NCBI GenBank assembly: GCA_002269645.1
Contig: NIVC01003486.1
Location: forward strand, 1 to 47,593
From: Macrostomum lignano
Taxonomy: Eukaryota
Direction of reading: 5' to 3'
Length of the DNA: 47,593 nucleotides
The translations under genes and the position numbers were made by a program. The notes under the pieces were generated by a model. The model searched no databases. It was not told the origin of the DNA and worked only from the letters and a program-made list of their open reading frames with translations. This document shows, piece by piece, positions 36,968 through 47,593 of this stretch. Numbering within the stretch: the first letter of the stretch is position 1; each line of letters opens with the position of its first letter.

Positions 36968-39101
36968 AAGCCGTGCAGGAATGACTACATGTACATCTAT
37001 GGTCAAAAGCGAGAGCCGTGCAGGAATGACTACATGTACATCTATGGTCAAAAGCGAAAGCCGTGTAGGAATGACTACATGTACATCTATGGTTGAAGAA
37101 TAAAGCCGTGCAGGAATGACTACATGTACATCTATGGTTGAAAGAGAAAACCGTGCAGGAATGACTACATGTACATCTATGGTTGAAAGAGAAAACCGTG
37201 CAGGAATGACTACATGTACATCTATGGTCAAAAGAGAAAACCGTGCAGGAATGACTACATGTACATCTATGGTCAAAAAAGCAAACCGTGCAGGAATGAC
37301 TACATGTACATCTATGGTTGAAAGAGAAAACCGTGCAGGAATGACTACATGTACATCTATGGTCAAAAGAGAAAACCGTGCAGGAATGACTACATGTACA
37401 TCTATGGTCAAAAGAGAAAACCGTGCAGGAATGACTACATGTACATCTATGGTTGAAAGAGAAAACCGTGCAGGAATGACTACATGTAGATCTATGGTCA
37501 AAAGAGAAAACCGTGCAGGAATGACTACATGTACATCTATGGTTGAAAGAGAAAACCGTGCAGGAATGACTACATGTACATCTATGGTCAAAAGAGAAAA
37601 CCGTGCAGGAATGACTACATGTACATCTATGGTTGAAAGAGAAAACCGTGCAGGAATGACTACATGTACATCTATGGTCGAAAGCGAAAACCGTGCAGGA
37701 ATGACTACATGTACATCTATGGTTGAAAGAGAAAACCGTGCAGGAATGACTACATGTAGATCTATGGTCAAAAGAGAAAACCGTGCAGGAATGACTACAT
37801 GTACATCTATGGTTGAAAGAGAAAACCGTGCAGGAATGACTACATGTACATCTATGGTCGAAAGAGAAAACCGTGCAGGAATGACTACATGTACATCTAT
37901 GGTCAAAAGAGAAAACCGTGCAGGAATGACTACATGTACATCTATGGTTGAAGAATAAAGCCGTGCAGGAATGACTACATGTACATCTATGGTTGAAGAA
38001 TAAAGCCGTGCAGGAATGACTACATGTACATCTATGGTTGAAAGAGAAAACCGTGCAGGAATGACTACATGTAGATCTATGGTTGAAAGAGAAAACCGTG
38101 CAGGAATGACTACATGTACATCTATGGTCAAAAGAGAAAACCGTGCAGGAATGACTACATGTACATCTATGGTCAAAAGAGAAAACCGTGCAGGAATGAC
38201 TACATGTACATCTATGGTTGAAAGAGAAAACCGTGCAGGAATGACTACATGTAGATCTATGGTCAAAAGAGAAAACCGTGCAGGAATGACTACATGTACA
38301 TCTATGGTTGAAAGAGAAAGCCGTGCAGGAATGACTACATGTACATCTATGGTCAAAAGAGAAAACCGTGCAGGAATGACTACATGTACATCTATGGTTG
38401 AAAGAGAAAACCGTGCAGGAATGACTACATGTAGATCTATGGTTGAAAGAGAAAACCGTGCAGGAATGACTACATGTAGATCTATGGTTGAAAGAGAAAA
38501 CCGTGCAGGAATGACTACATGTACATCTATGGTCGAAAGCGAAAACCGTGCAGGAATGACTACATGTACATCTATGGTTGAAAGAGAAAACCGTGCAGGA
38601 ATGACTACATGTAGATCTATGGTCAAAAGAGAAAACCGTGCAGGAATGACTACATGTACATCTATGGTTGAAAGAGAAAACCGTGCAGGAATGACTACAT
38701 GTACATCTATGGTTGAAGAATAAAGCCGTGCAGGAATGACTACATGTACATCTATGGTTGAAAGAGAAAACCGTGCAGGAATGACTACATGTAGATCTAT
38801 GGTTGAAAGAGAAAACCGTGCAGGAATGACTACATGTACATCTATGGTCAAAAGAGAAAGCCGTGCAGGAATGACTACATGTACATCTATGGTTGAAAGA
38901 GAAAGCCGTGCAGGAATGACTACATGTACATCTATGGTTGAAAGAGAAAGCCGTGCAGGAATGACTACATGTACATCTATGGTTGAAAGAGAAAACCGTG
39001 CAGGAATGACTACATGTACATCTATGGTCAAAAGAGAAAGCCGTGCAGGAATGACTACATGTACATCTATGGTCGAAAGCGAAAGCCGTGCAGGAATGAC
39101 T
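36968..39101 (+). repeat. 45-bp minisatellite, ~47 units
   Basis: Same unit as 5586..6774 with a different dominant variant (aaaccgtg, ggttgaaag). Confidence 0.98.
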
Positions 39102-39424
39102 GCAAGAATAATGGACAGGAGCCAAAAACGTTCATTCAATGTATTTTTATTGAAATGCATCTCAAATATGCTAAGCCAAAGCTTCCATTGTTTTTTTGAT
39201 TTTTAAATTCTAAATTTAGAACGCATCAACTTAAACTGTTTTTCTGCGTTTATTCTTTGCTGAACTGCTCAAAATAGATTTTCAACGTCACTACGAAGCC
39301 ATGCAATGCCTCAGCTAAATTCAACTGATTTTAGAATTCCAAAGAAAATCAATTTGCGTCCACCCCACCATACCCATCGTTCTTCATTATCCTCAATGAT
39401 AATCACCTCTCATAGGCCTGCCGC

Positions 39425-39846
39425 TGAGAATCACACCTAATCTACCAATTCCTAAGAATAATTTCAGATTTACCAACCCTTGAGAATCACTCCCGATCTA
39501 AACAGCCTCTGAGAATCACTCCCGATCCAACCGACCCTTGAAAATCACTCCCGATCCAACGAGCCTTTGAGAATCACTCCCGATCTAACCAGCCCCTGAG
39601 AATCACTCCCGATCCAACCGACCTTTAAGAATCACTCCCGATCCAACCAGCCTCTGAGAATCACTCCCGATCCAACTGACCCTTGAGAATCACTCCCGAT
39701 CCAACCAGCCTCTGAGAATCACTCCCGATCTAACCAGCCCCTGAGAATCACTCCCGATCCAACCGACCTTTAAGAATCACTCCCGATCCAACCAGCCTCT
39801 GAGAATCACTCCCAATCCAACCGACCCCAAAGAATCACTCCCGATC
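39425..39846 (+). repeat. 29-bp minisatellite array 1, copy 2
   Basis: Same unit and flanks as 7085..7378, but longer. Confidence 0.95.
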
Positions 39847-40122
39847 CCCGTTTCCATTGCACTCCTTCTGATACCCTCGGTGAACCATTTACAATCCTAT
39901 ATACTAAAAATGGTCTGTCGGTAGGTAGGTTTGTGGATATGTGATCGGTTGAGCAAAAACGGCTCAACCGATGCCTCTCAGTTTACGTTTAGGTTTTCCG
40001 TTCCAGTAGAAACAATGGGAGCGACAATGACGCGAAAATAGACAGACTTTTTATTTTGAACTTGCACAACAAACAGCCAGAATGAATCAATGAACTAATC
40101 TAAAAACAGAGTACAAGCCTCT

Positions 40123-40298
40123 TTAATCAAATTTCTCTTGTTCATCCTTTTTCGATGAGCAGCTGTAGATGAGCAGAAAGGAGCTGGTAATGATGAAGTT
40201 GAGCACTATTAGGACGAACCCGATGAACCAGATGACAGCCAACGACACCTTTGTGCTGCTATTTTCACCGAGCTTCAGTTCCTTTGTGAACTCGAACC
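40123..40298 (-). CDS. Candidate terminal exon of orphan two-TM protein (copy 2)
   Basis: Same acceptor and frame as 7651..7826. Confidence 0.45.
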
Positions 40299-40414
40299 CT
40301 GCAGCCAAGTTTGAGGCGTTCAAGTTCAGAAATCTAATATATTGTGATGTGAGCACAATAGGAAGAGGAAGAGGAAGTAAGGGGACCCTCAGGAACTCGT
40401 AAAGTGAGTACTTT

Positions 40415-40806
40415 ACCATTCTGTGTGGTGAAGTGATCATTCTGAGTGGTAAAGTGACCATTCTGAGTGGTAGAGTGACCATTCTGAGTGGTAGAGTGAC
40501 CATTCTGAGTGGTAGAGTGACCATTCCGAGGGGGTAAAGTGACCATTCTGAGTGGTAGAGTGACCATTCTGAGTGGGTAAAGTGACCATTCTGAGTGGTA
40601 GAGTGACCATTCTGAGTGGTAGAGTGACCATTCTGAGTGGTAGAGTGACCATTCCGAGGGGGTAAAGTGACCATTCTGAGTGGTAGAGTGACCATTCTGA
40701 GTAGTAGAGTGACCATTCCGAGGGGGTAAAGTGACTATTCTGAGTGGTAGAGTGACCATTCTGAGTGGTAGAGTGACCATTCCGAGGGGTAAAGTGACGA
40801 TTCGGA
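40415..40806 (+). repeat. 21/22-bp minisatellite, copy 2
   Basis: Same units as 7940..8462, shorter array. Confidence 0.97.
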
Positions 40807-40882
40807 GTGGCCCGGTTATCATCGTTACGAGTAGCTCAGCAAAAATCTCTGCCAATCAAAGCGACTAAGCCGTTACACTTAC

Positions 40883-41369
40883 GTGTGGTTGTCACGCCAA
40901 CAATGGCGCACACAATGCAGCAAATTCCGCAGTTAATTAACCAGAAAGACAGAATAGTAAAAAACTGCACCTCCCAGGGAGGCACCAATCGAGATTTAGA
41001 CATGATAATTTTCTCCTTCATCGGCCGGCTTCCTAGATAGTTGATGATATCCTGATGCAGTGACGGGTCGTCATTAAACACTTTCTGCACATCGATGCTG
41101 TTTTCGTGGACATCGGTGTACCTCTTGTCCTCGGACTTCTGATCATGGTGCACCTGCTCTTCCGCTAGTTGATTTAACAGAGTCGACCTTCGTTCAAGTT
41201 CTTGCTGCTCCACCAGTTTATCGACAGCTGTAGGAGATGCAGCAGGTTGATTGCTGACATTTTCGTCGACGCTGTCCTTGTCTCTTGATTCGTCGCACTG
41301 ATTATTGTTGTCGCAGTTAAGAAACTGAGAATACACGTAATATTCATAGTTTTCGGCTAGAAATGACAT
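40883..41369 (-). CDS. Candidate first coding exon of orphan two-TM protein (copy 2)
   Basis: Same frame and gtaagt donor as 8539..9025; here the frame stays open upstream to 41555. Confidence 0.45.
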
Positions 41370-41699
41370 TTTTGGACTAGAAATTCGACCCAGGCCATGG
41401 ATAAAGTAATCCTTTTTCGACGGGCTCAAGATTGGGGGCGATACCGCTTGGTTTATTACATAGACACTGCGCATGATGGTGTTAAAATATGCCAGCAATT
41501 TTAAAAAGCCAAGGTCCAGTGCTAAGTTTATATTTACATTTGTAGAAGTGATCATGCATGAAAGAAAAAACTCAATCGCTAGAAAGTCGAATTATTTAGG
41601 ACGGGCCATAGACAAATTTTCAAACAAAGATGATTTCCAGCTTCTCATCAAAGATCAATGGCCATTCACGGACCATTCAATGGGGGATTCACGGACCAT

Positions 41700-42880
41700 T
41701 GATTTTTGCTATTTCCAAAATTTTCACTCACAGAATTTTCAAAGCCTAAAAATATAACGAATCTTCGAGCATTCTTTGGTCTTGTTAACCAAGTTGGAAA
41801 ATTTACTCCAGAAGTTGTGGAGGTAACAGGCCCGCTAGGACCGCTGCTATAAAAAAAAAGAATATGTTTCAGTGGGGACAAGAACGGCAAGACGCTTTTG
41901 AAAAGGCCCGCAGCCACCTCGCAAACACGTCTACCCTAGCCTACGACAAGGCGGGATCCAGGTTCATCTCTACTGGTACCGAATTTAGATCCGCAATGAT
42001 TAAGCTAGAATTGTTGGCCGTGGTCTGGGCGACACAGAAGTGTAGGCTTTTCCTAGAAGGTCTGTCTGAGTTCGACATCGTTACTGACCACAAGCCCCTA
42101 GTTCCGATTCTGAACAGCTACCAGCTGGACCTGATCGAGATCCCCAGAATCCAGCGCTTGAGAGCTAAACTGGAACGCTATGCAAGATGGGTTAAAGGCA
42201 AGGATAATGCACCTGTAGACTACCCGACTCAACAGGACGAGCTAGCAGAATCAGCAGACTTTCACCTGTCACACCAACTCATGCTACCAAGAAAATCACT
42301 CCTGATCCACCCGACCCTTAAGAATCACTCCCGATCCAACCGACCCTTAAGAATCACTCCCGATCCAACTGACCCCTGAGAATCACTCCCGATCCAGCCG
42401 ACCCTTGATGCTACCAAGTGCAAAACTGGACCCTAGCTTGCGTTGAGTGCAAGAAAGCACGACTGTTGTTCAGGATCTGCAGGACCTAAAGCAGCACAAT
42501 ACAGACGGATTTCCGAACGACAAGACCAATATGCCCAACAATGTGCGCCCATTCTGGATTGTGCGTGAAGAGATTACCGTCGGAGACGGGATCATCCTCT
42601 GCTGCGGAAGTTGATGCAGCGTTCCATGAGCCATGTGAAAGCAGGTTCTTACACACCGAGGGCTTACCAAGACAAAACAGAGGCCTTGCACTGGCCAGGC
42701 CTCGACCGAGACATTGAGAGCGCTATAAGACAATGTAAGTCGTTCCAGGAACACCTCCCATCCCAAGTTAAGGAGCCCATGAGCACATTAAATCCACCAG
42801 AACATTGTTTTCAGCGCATATAAGCAGATTTCTGCGAACACGCCAACAAAAAGTTCCTGGTTGATTGTGGGCGCCCATTG
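41700..42880 (+). mobile_element. Ty3/gypsy pol remnant, copy 2
   Basis: MFQWGQERQDAFEKAR...IKLELLAVVWATQK...TDHKPL; DGFPNDKTNMPNNVRPFWIVREEITVGDGII. Confidence 0.9.
42292..42407 (+). repeat. 29-bp minisatellite insertion (4 units)
   Basis: 116 bp flanked by atgctaccaag at 42281..42291 and 42408..42418. Confidence 0.95.
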
Positions 42881-43458
42881 CCTCCAAATAGGCCTCGATG
42901 GTCGCTTGTCATGCGTCAAACTCGTCTATAGAATCTGCTGCTAGATCGAGACGGGGGGTTTAAAGCCCAGGAAGCCTGAACCGACTGGTACTTGCAGTCA
43001 TAACAGCGGCTCTTGGTCTCATTGGCGATATCGAAATCACGGGGGCCTGTGACCCCATCGCTGGATTCGGGCTTTTGCTCATTAATGTGACTGCACTTGG
43101 AATCGAGCCTGGGTCGCTGGACACAAGAGAGCCGCGCTAGACGACTAGGCTACGCCCCGTCACTTTTCGTTTTCACGTTGACAACCAATTCTCCGGGCCA
43201 ATTATTCTCCATGGACCAGCTTCGGCTCTTAGGATTTTACAAGCATATTCCTCGAAGGCATGATGATGTAGCTTCTCGTAAATCGTAACAAAAATATTGC
43301 TAAACGCACTGCCATATGCGGTTAAAAACACTCACTCCAAAGTATCGCGATTATTGAATGGAATAATTTCAAGTGCGTTTTATTGAATTGTGGATTTGCG
43401 AAAATTTGCGACAGCGAATGTGAAACTCTAAAACTTTAGAGTTTAGTTAGTGAACGAG

Positions 43459-43920
43459 TGTCAGTCAGTCAGTCAGTCAGTCAGTCAGTCAGTCAGTCAG
43501 TCAGTCAGTCAGTCAGGTCAGTCAGTCAGTCAGTCAGTCAGTCAGTCAGTCAGTCAGGTCAGTCAGTCAGGTCAGTCAGTCAGTCAGTCAGTCAGTCAGT
43601 CAGTCAGTCAGTCAGTCAGTCAGTCAGTCAGTCAGTCAGTCAGTCAGTCAGTCAGTCAGTCAGTCAGTCAGTCAGTCAGTCAGTCAGTCAGTCAGTCAGT
43701 CAGTCAGTCAGTCAGTCAGTCAGTCAGTCAGTCAGTCAGTCAGTCAGTCAGTCAGTCAGTCAGTCAGTCAGTCAGTCAGTCAGTCAGTCAGTCAGTCAGT
43801 CAGTCAGTCAGTCAGTCAGTCAGTCAGTCAGTCAGTCAGTCAGTCAGTCAGTCAGTCAGTTAGTCAGTCAGTCAGTCAGTCAGTCAGTCAGTCAGTCAGT
43901 CAGTCAGTCAGTCAGTCAGT
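43459..43920 (+). repeat. (TCAG)n microsatellite
   Basis: Directly visible; about half the length of its copy-1 counterpart. Confidence 0.99.
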
Positions 43921-44411
43921 TACTCTGCTTCTTCTAGCAAAGTGGGCTGGCTTCTCCAATTGCAGCTGGGTCTGATATGCACAAAATAGGAGCTCTTGCA
44001 ACGAGCAGGCGTCCCAACAGCGCTTGTAGCCTGCGCAGGCAAAGCAGCGGCTTGCGGCAGTTTGCTGAGCTCCGACTCGGAGCCATATCGAACTTCTAAA
44101 GTCTTCCAAAATCGAGCAGGCTGTTGTTTCTGTTGTTGTGGTGGTTTTGGTTGCTGCTTCTGTTGTTGTTGTTGTTGCAAGTGTCGTCGAGTTGCAGGCG
44201 GCGCGAGCACCATTGCCAAGTGGCTGCTGTGGCGCCTGAGGCATCCGCGATCCACGTCAGTCATTGAGGCGGCTTTGCGCAGTAAGGAAGACATCGACGA
44301 CGGGACTTCGTCACGGTTCAGCTCGTTTCCAGTGCTTTCTGACCTGTTGTGACGGCTGACTATGGGAAAGCGGAACGGCTGCGGCGTATCTGCGAATGGC
44401 ATCGTGTTCAA
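43920..44411 (-). CDS. Putative last coding exon of an unidentified low-complexity host gene
   Basis: 163-codon GC-rich frame with a poly-Q tract amid AT-rich DNA; possible AG acceptor just upstream; stop abuts the TCAG array. No recognised domain. Confidence 0.4.
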   Translation of the reverse strand: MNTMPFADTPQPFRFPIVSRHNRSESTGNELNRDEVPSSMSSLLRKAASMTDVDRGCLRRHSSHLAMVLAPPATRRHLQQQQQQKQQPKPPQQQKQQPARFWKTLEVRYGSESELSKLPQAAALPAQATSAVGTPARCKSSYFVHIRPSCNWRSQPTLLEEAE

Positions 44412-44929
44412 ATTTGTGCTTGAATGTAATCAAACATTGTTTTATCGATTATACAATTTTAGTTTTTCGGGGGGGAGCAATAGGAAATGACGCAACTTAT
44501 GGCAACGTTAGGCCATGATCGACATTAAGAAAGAAATAGTCTCATTTTCCACTCTTCTATTAGGGGTTGAGTAGCCTAGCGGTAAACGGTCGACCGTCTT
44601 GGTAGCTCCTGCACAGAAAATGGCTTTGGGTTTGTCGTGCGATTCATTTCCATGATGACTGCGTACTCCTCATGTACACGCAGAGAAAGAGATAGTGCAA
44701 CAGCCTATCGATGAGAAAGTCTTTGCTGCTGTACACGCTGTGTGAGTGTGTGCCTGCGCACTTGTCTGTGTACGCATGTTTGCTCCGGGGCAGTGACATG
44801 GGAAGGACTGCTTGCCTTCTCACTGACTCCGGGTTGAGTGCTACTTTGAATCCTGGCAGAGCTCAAAGTCCAATTTCACAACAGGCAATTATCAGAAAAA
44901 AATATTTCGTACATTATTTTAAGCAACAT

Positions 44930-45221
44930 CTGAGCATCCGCTACCTTGCGAGGAGGAGCTTTCGCTGCAGCTGGACCAGCCATTCTTGTCGGCGCAAGAC
45001 TCCGCGCTTCCATCGTCAGCCTCGGAAGTCGACGCTGAGTCATCGTCTTCAAGGACGTCGGGGAAGTCCGCAGAAATCGATCCTGTTGGCAGCCAGCGCC
45101 ATCGAGTGCGACGGTATTGTTGAAGTTGACGACCTCGACGAGTAGTCTTGCTTGCACTGGACAAGTATTTATCATTTTTTGACTCGGCCTCGTTGTCTTC
45201 TTGATCAGCCAGGTTGGACAA
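44930..45221 (-). CDS. Putative internal exon (Ser/Asp-rich)
   Basis: GC-rich open frame ...DVLEDDDSASTSEADDGSAES..., with a possible donor caag|gtagc near 44945. Boundaries are uncertain. Confidence 0.3.
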
Positions 45222-46809
45222 AATCAGCTTGGTTGACTGGTACTGATAGGTCGTTGCGACCCTGTTGAGTCGGTTTAAGATTAGACGGCTTCAAAATCTG
45301 TGAAGCTGAACGTTGTTCTATTTTTAGATAAAGTGGTAACACATGAGAAATTCTGGACTGTTTAGAAAAAAACGACTAAAGTTTACTAAAAACAGTGAAG
45401 GAAATTTCGGCATAGAAAAATCGATTAACTCACTTTTGTGACTTCCTGATCACGTATGATGCAAATTAGAAGAAGTACAAACTAAATTCTTAGTTCTTTT
45501 TCTTGAGCAGATACTTGAGTATTTCAATCAAAAGACTTAATACGTCTTGTTATCGATCCTTATTTCCAATATTCCCAAATGCTAACCATGGTTGCCTTTT
45601 TTTCTTATCCCAAAGTCACATATTTCTTTTTCGTAGTTTGGAATGACTTTCGTCTACAAATGTCTCAATAAAAATCGAAATATTTAAAATAGTTGGCCCT
45701 ATGCAGGCATCAAAATGAAAAAGTAAATCAAATTAAACGTTCATACTTTGAGTAGAGTATTGTGAGTAGACATCATTCACGCAAAACTCAAGCACCATGC
45801 GGTTATACGGTTTTTAACAGCATTCCCACTAACAGAGTTTATTTTTTGTTTAAAACAAACGCATTTCTCCGGCAACGTGCAAGTATTGTGACTTTAGTGT
45901 AGGTAAGCTGTGTAAAATTTAGTTTGTGGTCTCAGGGGAGTGGGGTTATTGATCTCAAGCGCAAACAGAAGGACTGTTGTTTTAGTGGACCTATAAACCG
46001 TTTCAAAGTATTAAACTTGAAGTTCCTTCCTTTAAAGTTTAAAAGCAAGCCAGTAGTCTTAAAATCAAATAGCAACAGTCCCGTCAACGGTTTTCTGTTT
46101 CAAAACTGCTCCGCTGAGTCGGCTGCTAACGGTGGCTGAAATGCTAAAAAGTACCGCAAATGGCATTCTCGTTTCCATGCTGTTGGGTGTGAAGCTATCA
46201 TGCATTGGATGTTAAATTTCTATATTAGTAGTGCCTCCATGTTGTACGCAACAAACCAAAAGTCAAGGCAGCAAGTCAAACAAAGAACCAAACCACCACA
46301 TAATGTATAGTTAGGAGTGAAGGAAGACCGATAACTGCAGAAAGAAATACAAGCAAGGAGTTTCTTTCTTAGAGATTGAGTTCATACCTTTGACAGGTAG
46401 TACCGCTGACAGCTGAAATTATTTTTGATGAACGCTTGAATTACTCGTAAAATAGTGCAATATAGCTTGCAGATGATAACTATGAAGACATCTAATAACT
46501 GGGACAAAGGCAAGACAGAAAGATCAACTGTGAACGATAACTATAGTAAGAAATGAAGATCATCTTTAACTGGTCGCTTTCTCGAGCTGACCGATTGGAG
46601 GCCGCATGCTCGACCGTTTCCTTGACACCCGCCACCAACCTTGAAGACGCGCTCTGTCGCCGTCGGACGCCCGGCCCATAAATTTGGCAGTTGCCGCTGC
46701 TGCTGGCGGCTGCTGCTGTTCAGCTGCAGTCGCCGGCCCGCAGACCAGGCGTCGTCTGGCCTGATCGTCTCGGATCCGGTCCGGTCTCTGAGTCTGTCGC
46801 CAGTATTGC

Positions 46810-47475
46810 TTATAGCTGCTGGTGCTCCACCTTCGAATCGGCTGATGCTGCTGTTGCTGTTGCGGTGGCATCGTCCCAGGCGGTCCCGCCTGGCCGCCCC
46901 CTCCATGAGATCGGCGTCGTCGAGTCGCATAGCGCGGCACATGAACTCCAGCTGCGACACCGGGTCTCGACTATCTTACTCGGCGAAGATTCGTCACCAC
47001 GAGCTCTTCGGACGACTGACGACTCAAACACTGGACGGCGGCCGCGCAGTAAGACGCCAATCTCAAGCCTCGACGATTGATTCAGCTGCTGCTGTTGCAG
47101 CTGCAGGTCAGTCAGACCCTGCGAGAAACTGCCGCTCTGAAAGCGGACGCGGCTCGACGCATTCTCGGCGCAGCGGCGGTGGCGACGTCTGATGCCATTG
47201 TGTTGATGGTCCAGAGAATCTTTCTTCTGGCAAGGCCTCCATGGCTGTGGGTACAGAAAACCTGACACCGGCTGAATGACGCTCCGGAAGCTTGTGCTGC
47301 TCCTGGTCCTGCCGTCGCATAGAAACAACACGCCTAGATTCGTTCGATAGCTCGATGCCGCTCCAGTGGAAGTGGAAGTGGCCGAGTTATTTGCTGTTGG
47401 CTGCCAGCCATTTTTTTGGCTACCAATTCTGCTGGTCTGGGTCGTTCCACTGGGTGACTGCTAGCTGAGCTTTCA
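46810..47475 (-). CDS. Putative exon (Ser/Thr/Gln-rich low complexity)
   Basis: The frame of ORF 46810..47331 stays open upstream to ~47475. GC-rich island. The true frame is uncertain and no domain is recognised. Confidence 0.3.
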
Positions 47476-47593
47476 TTCATAGCCAGCTGCAGCATTATTC
47501 TGTTCACTGGAGTTTTCCGCCCCAGCAGGCTCTGTGCTGCAAGTACTTTTCTTGTCTGGTTGTTTGCAGCCAATAGGGGAGCTTGAATTCTGC

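Noticed and set aside
41370-41555. Longer N-terminus (239-aa ORF) for the two-TM gene in copy 2
   Set aside because: Copy 1 has a 1-bp difference in the T-run next to the ATG that breaks this extension; I cannot decide which is real, so the shared ATG was used.
44563-44610. A-box-like gagtagcctagcggtaaa
   Set aside because: No B box or tRNA fold follows.

Overview
This is eukaryotic, repeat-rich animal DNA. The very long (GATA)n/(TCAG)n arrays, GC-rich low-complexity exons and flatworm-style GPCR suggest a free-living flatworm such as Macrostomum, but that is inference only. The main architecture is a direct segmental duplication, 1..12663 vs 30106..44028. Each copy carries, in order: an intronless rhodopsin-like GPCR, (GATA)n, a long decayed unidentified coding region split by a 45-bp satellite, a 29-bp satellite, a candidate two-exon two-TM orphan gene with a 21-bp satellite in its intron, a Ty3/gypsy pol remnant and (TCAG)n. 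The intervening ~17 kb holds a truncated DIRS/Ngaro-like retrotransposon with a SAP-domain ORF1, a third inverted and intact GPCR copy, more satellites, a piggyBac transposase with two lesions, a tRNA-derived CORE-like SINE and an internally deleted short-LTR gypsy element. The window ends in probable low-complexity host exons. The most notable observations are (i) a whole-monomer 29-bp satellite inserted into gypsy pol with a 10-11 bp target-site-like duplication, (ii) a GPCR cassette copied with one breakpoint inside its upstream GATA microsatellite, and (iii) the orphan two-TM gene. Most long ORFs in the supplied track are repeat artefacts.
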